DNA of 51,699 bases, taken from positions 1 to 51,699 of the forward strand of contig CAZJDL010000006.1 in NCBI GenBank assembly GCA_964544755.1, read 5' to 3'. Shown piece by piece: positions 50,862-51,699 of this stretch; positions within the stretch are counted from its first letter, which is position 1; the number at the start of each line of letters is the position of its first letter. This DNA is from an uncultured Pseudomonadales bacterium (GTDB taxonomy: Bacteria; Pseudomonadota; Gammaproteobacteria; Pseudomonadales; JAUIET01). A program made the translations under genes and the position numbers. A model generated the notes under the pieces. The model was not told the DNA's origin and did not search any database. It saw only the letters and a program-made list of their open reading frames with translations.

Positions 50862-50917
50862 ATTATTGCAGCGAATTGTTACTATCTGACGACGTTCCGG
50901 TAACGCTTTTATGAATG
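50862..50917 (-). promoter_or_regulatory. Putative tandem Pho boxes and -10 upstream of the phosphoesterase
   Basis: 11-bp periodic half-sites CATTCAT/GCGTTAC/ACGTCGT/TAGTAAC; shares GTAACAATTCGC with the pstS promoter and has AATAAT at the same spacing. Confidence 0.55.
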
Positions 50918-50940
50918 TTTTCCAGATGCAACCAAGGAGG

Positions 50941-51114
50941 AAGCGGCAGGGGGCTATTATCCTGGCGGCAGGAATTGGCTTGCAATGGACGTAAAGCAGG
51001 GAGGTGTTTAAGCGCGCGCATGCAAAATGTAGCTCGATTTCACAGCGAGCGGCGCGCAAAGTGAGGCGAGCGGCTATTCAATAACAACGGCGGGCTTTTG
51101 AAGTGGGCAAGGGC
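50941..51114 (+). repeat. ~170-bp repeat, copy 2 (oriIS-like terminus not recognisable)
   Basis: Diverged direct repeat of 45496-45662. Confidence 0.75.
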
Positions 51115-51176
51115 TTCAGCAAACCCCGAAGCCGACTAACGACAAGATACGGTGGAGTTTTTGATCAGCGCCTAGT

Positions 51177-51482
51177 GTGCAAATGGCCGGTTGGTTTAAT
51201 AAGGAAATCAACTCGCTGAAAGACCTTAAGGGTTTGAAAATGCGCATCCCCGGGCTGGGCGGCGACGTGCTAAATTGCATTGGTGGCACGGCGGTGAATT
51301 TGCCCGGCAGTGAGTTGCTTACGTCGTTGCAAACCAGGGTTGTCGACGCCACCGAGTGGGTTGGCCCGCACAACGATTTAGCGTTAGGGCTGTATAAAGC
51401 GGGGCTACTACCCGGGCAGGCATGAGGCGGGCATGCGGTCTCGGAGAAGGCATATGCCGAAGCGCGCGATTTGGAATATTAG
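51177..51482 (+). pseudogene. dctP: Decayed duplicate of the 3' part of dctP
   Basis: Matches 43911-~44174 and ~44482-44534 with a frameshifting deletion in the YYYY codons and a ~300-bp internal deletion; ends at the same GAATATTAG stop. Confidence 0.92.
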
Positions 51483-51551
51483 GTGTAACTGCATGGCTGG
51501 GGCCTTTTTGCCGGTGATTTCTTCTGCGCCAAATCGCGGCTAAAGCTCCTC

Positions 51552-51699
51552 CTACCGAGCTTTTTTTCGCGTTTTTTTCGGTTTCAGTTTCTCCTTTTCC
51601 ACCTGAATACGGGCGAGTAGTTTTTCTGCCGGTTCGTCGTTGGGGTCTTGTGGCACCAGCTCGCCTCTAAAGGCTTTTGCCAACAGGGATTGGGTGAGT
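51552..51699 (-). CDS. hsdS: Type I restriction-modification specificity subunit, C-terminus (runs off the window)
   Basis: Manual translation LTQSLLAKAFRGELVPQDPNDEPAEKLLARIQVEKEKLKPKKTRKKAR*; AFRGELVPQDPNDEPA is a characteristic HsdS motif. Absent from the ORF track. Confidence 0.85.
   Translation of the reverse strand, partial: LTQSLLAKAFRGELVPQDPNDEPAEKLLARIQVEKEKLKPKKTRKKAR

Larger units (their letters stand above)
44535..51176. mobile_element. Accessory island bracketed by the duplicated dctP 3' end
   Basis: dctP 43911-44534 is repeated in decayed form at 51177-51482; AT-rich first gene; internal ~170-bp repeats; no integrase in the window. Confidence 0.65.

Noticed and set aside
1-51699. 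CRISPR array, tRNA/rRNA, integrase/transposase, and the many short antisense ORFs
   Set aside because: No repeat-spacer periodicity, RNA-gene signature or recombinase motif seen; the short ORFs are shadows of real genes in GC-rich DNA.

Overview
Gammaproteobacterial chromosomal window with three parts. (1) 1-11.3 kb and 36.2-44.5 kb hold ordinary envelope/housekeeping genes (MATE, DUF1631, RodZ-like, YpfJ, LemA/M48, TIGR01777, moaA, RDD; FetB-like, arfB, FAH, GGDEF-EAL, uvrD, TRAP dctP). (2) 11.4-36.0 kb is a ~24.6-kb phosphate/polyphosphate supercluster: ppk2, CYTH, ppx, methyltransferase, Pho-box-driven pstS-phoU*-pstCA-pstB-pstB-phoBR, two CNNM/CorC-type genes, ppk1, USP, Na/Pi transporter, then CHAD-ParA-histidine phosphatase and a 2-phosphoglycerate-kinase-like gene. 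It includes an orphan ParA coupled to a CHAD protein (candidate polyP-granule positioning system), a PhoU fused to a catalytically dead ArsC/LMW-PTP domain, two reciprocally degenerate PstB ATPases, and FNR-type boxes at ppk1 and ppk2. (3) 44.5-51.7 kb is an accessory island bracketed by a duplicated dctP 3' end, with two copies of a ~170-bp repeat (one ending in an ISCR/IS91 oriIS-like motif), three cargo genes and the end of hsdS. A 185-bp palindromic MITE-like element lies at 12.7 kb, and its left arm is embedded in frame in the RodZ-like gene. No rRNA, tRNA, CRISPR array, integrase or transposase was recognised. All family calls are from motif recognition, not database searches.
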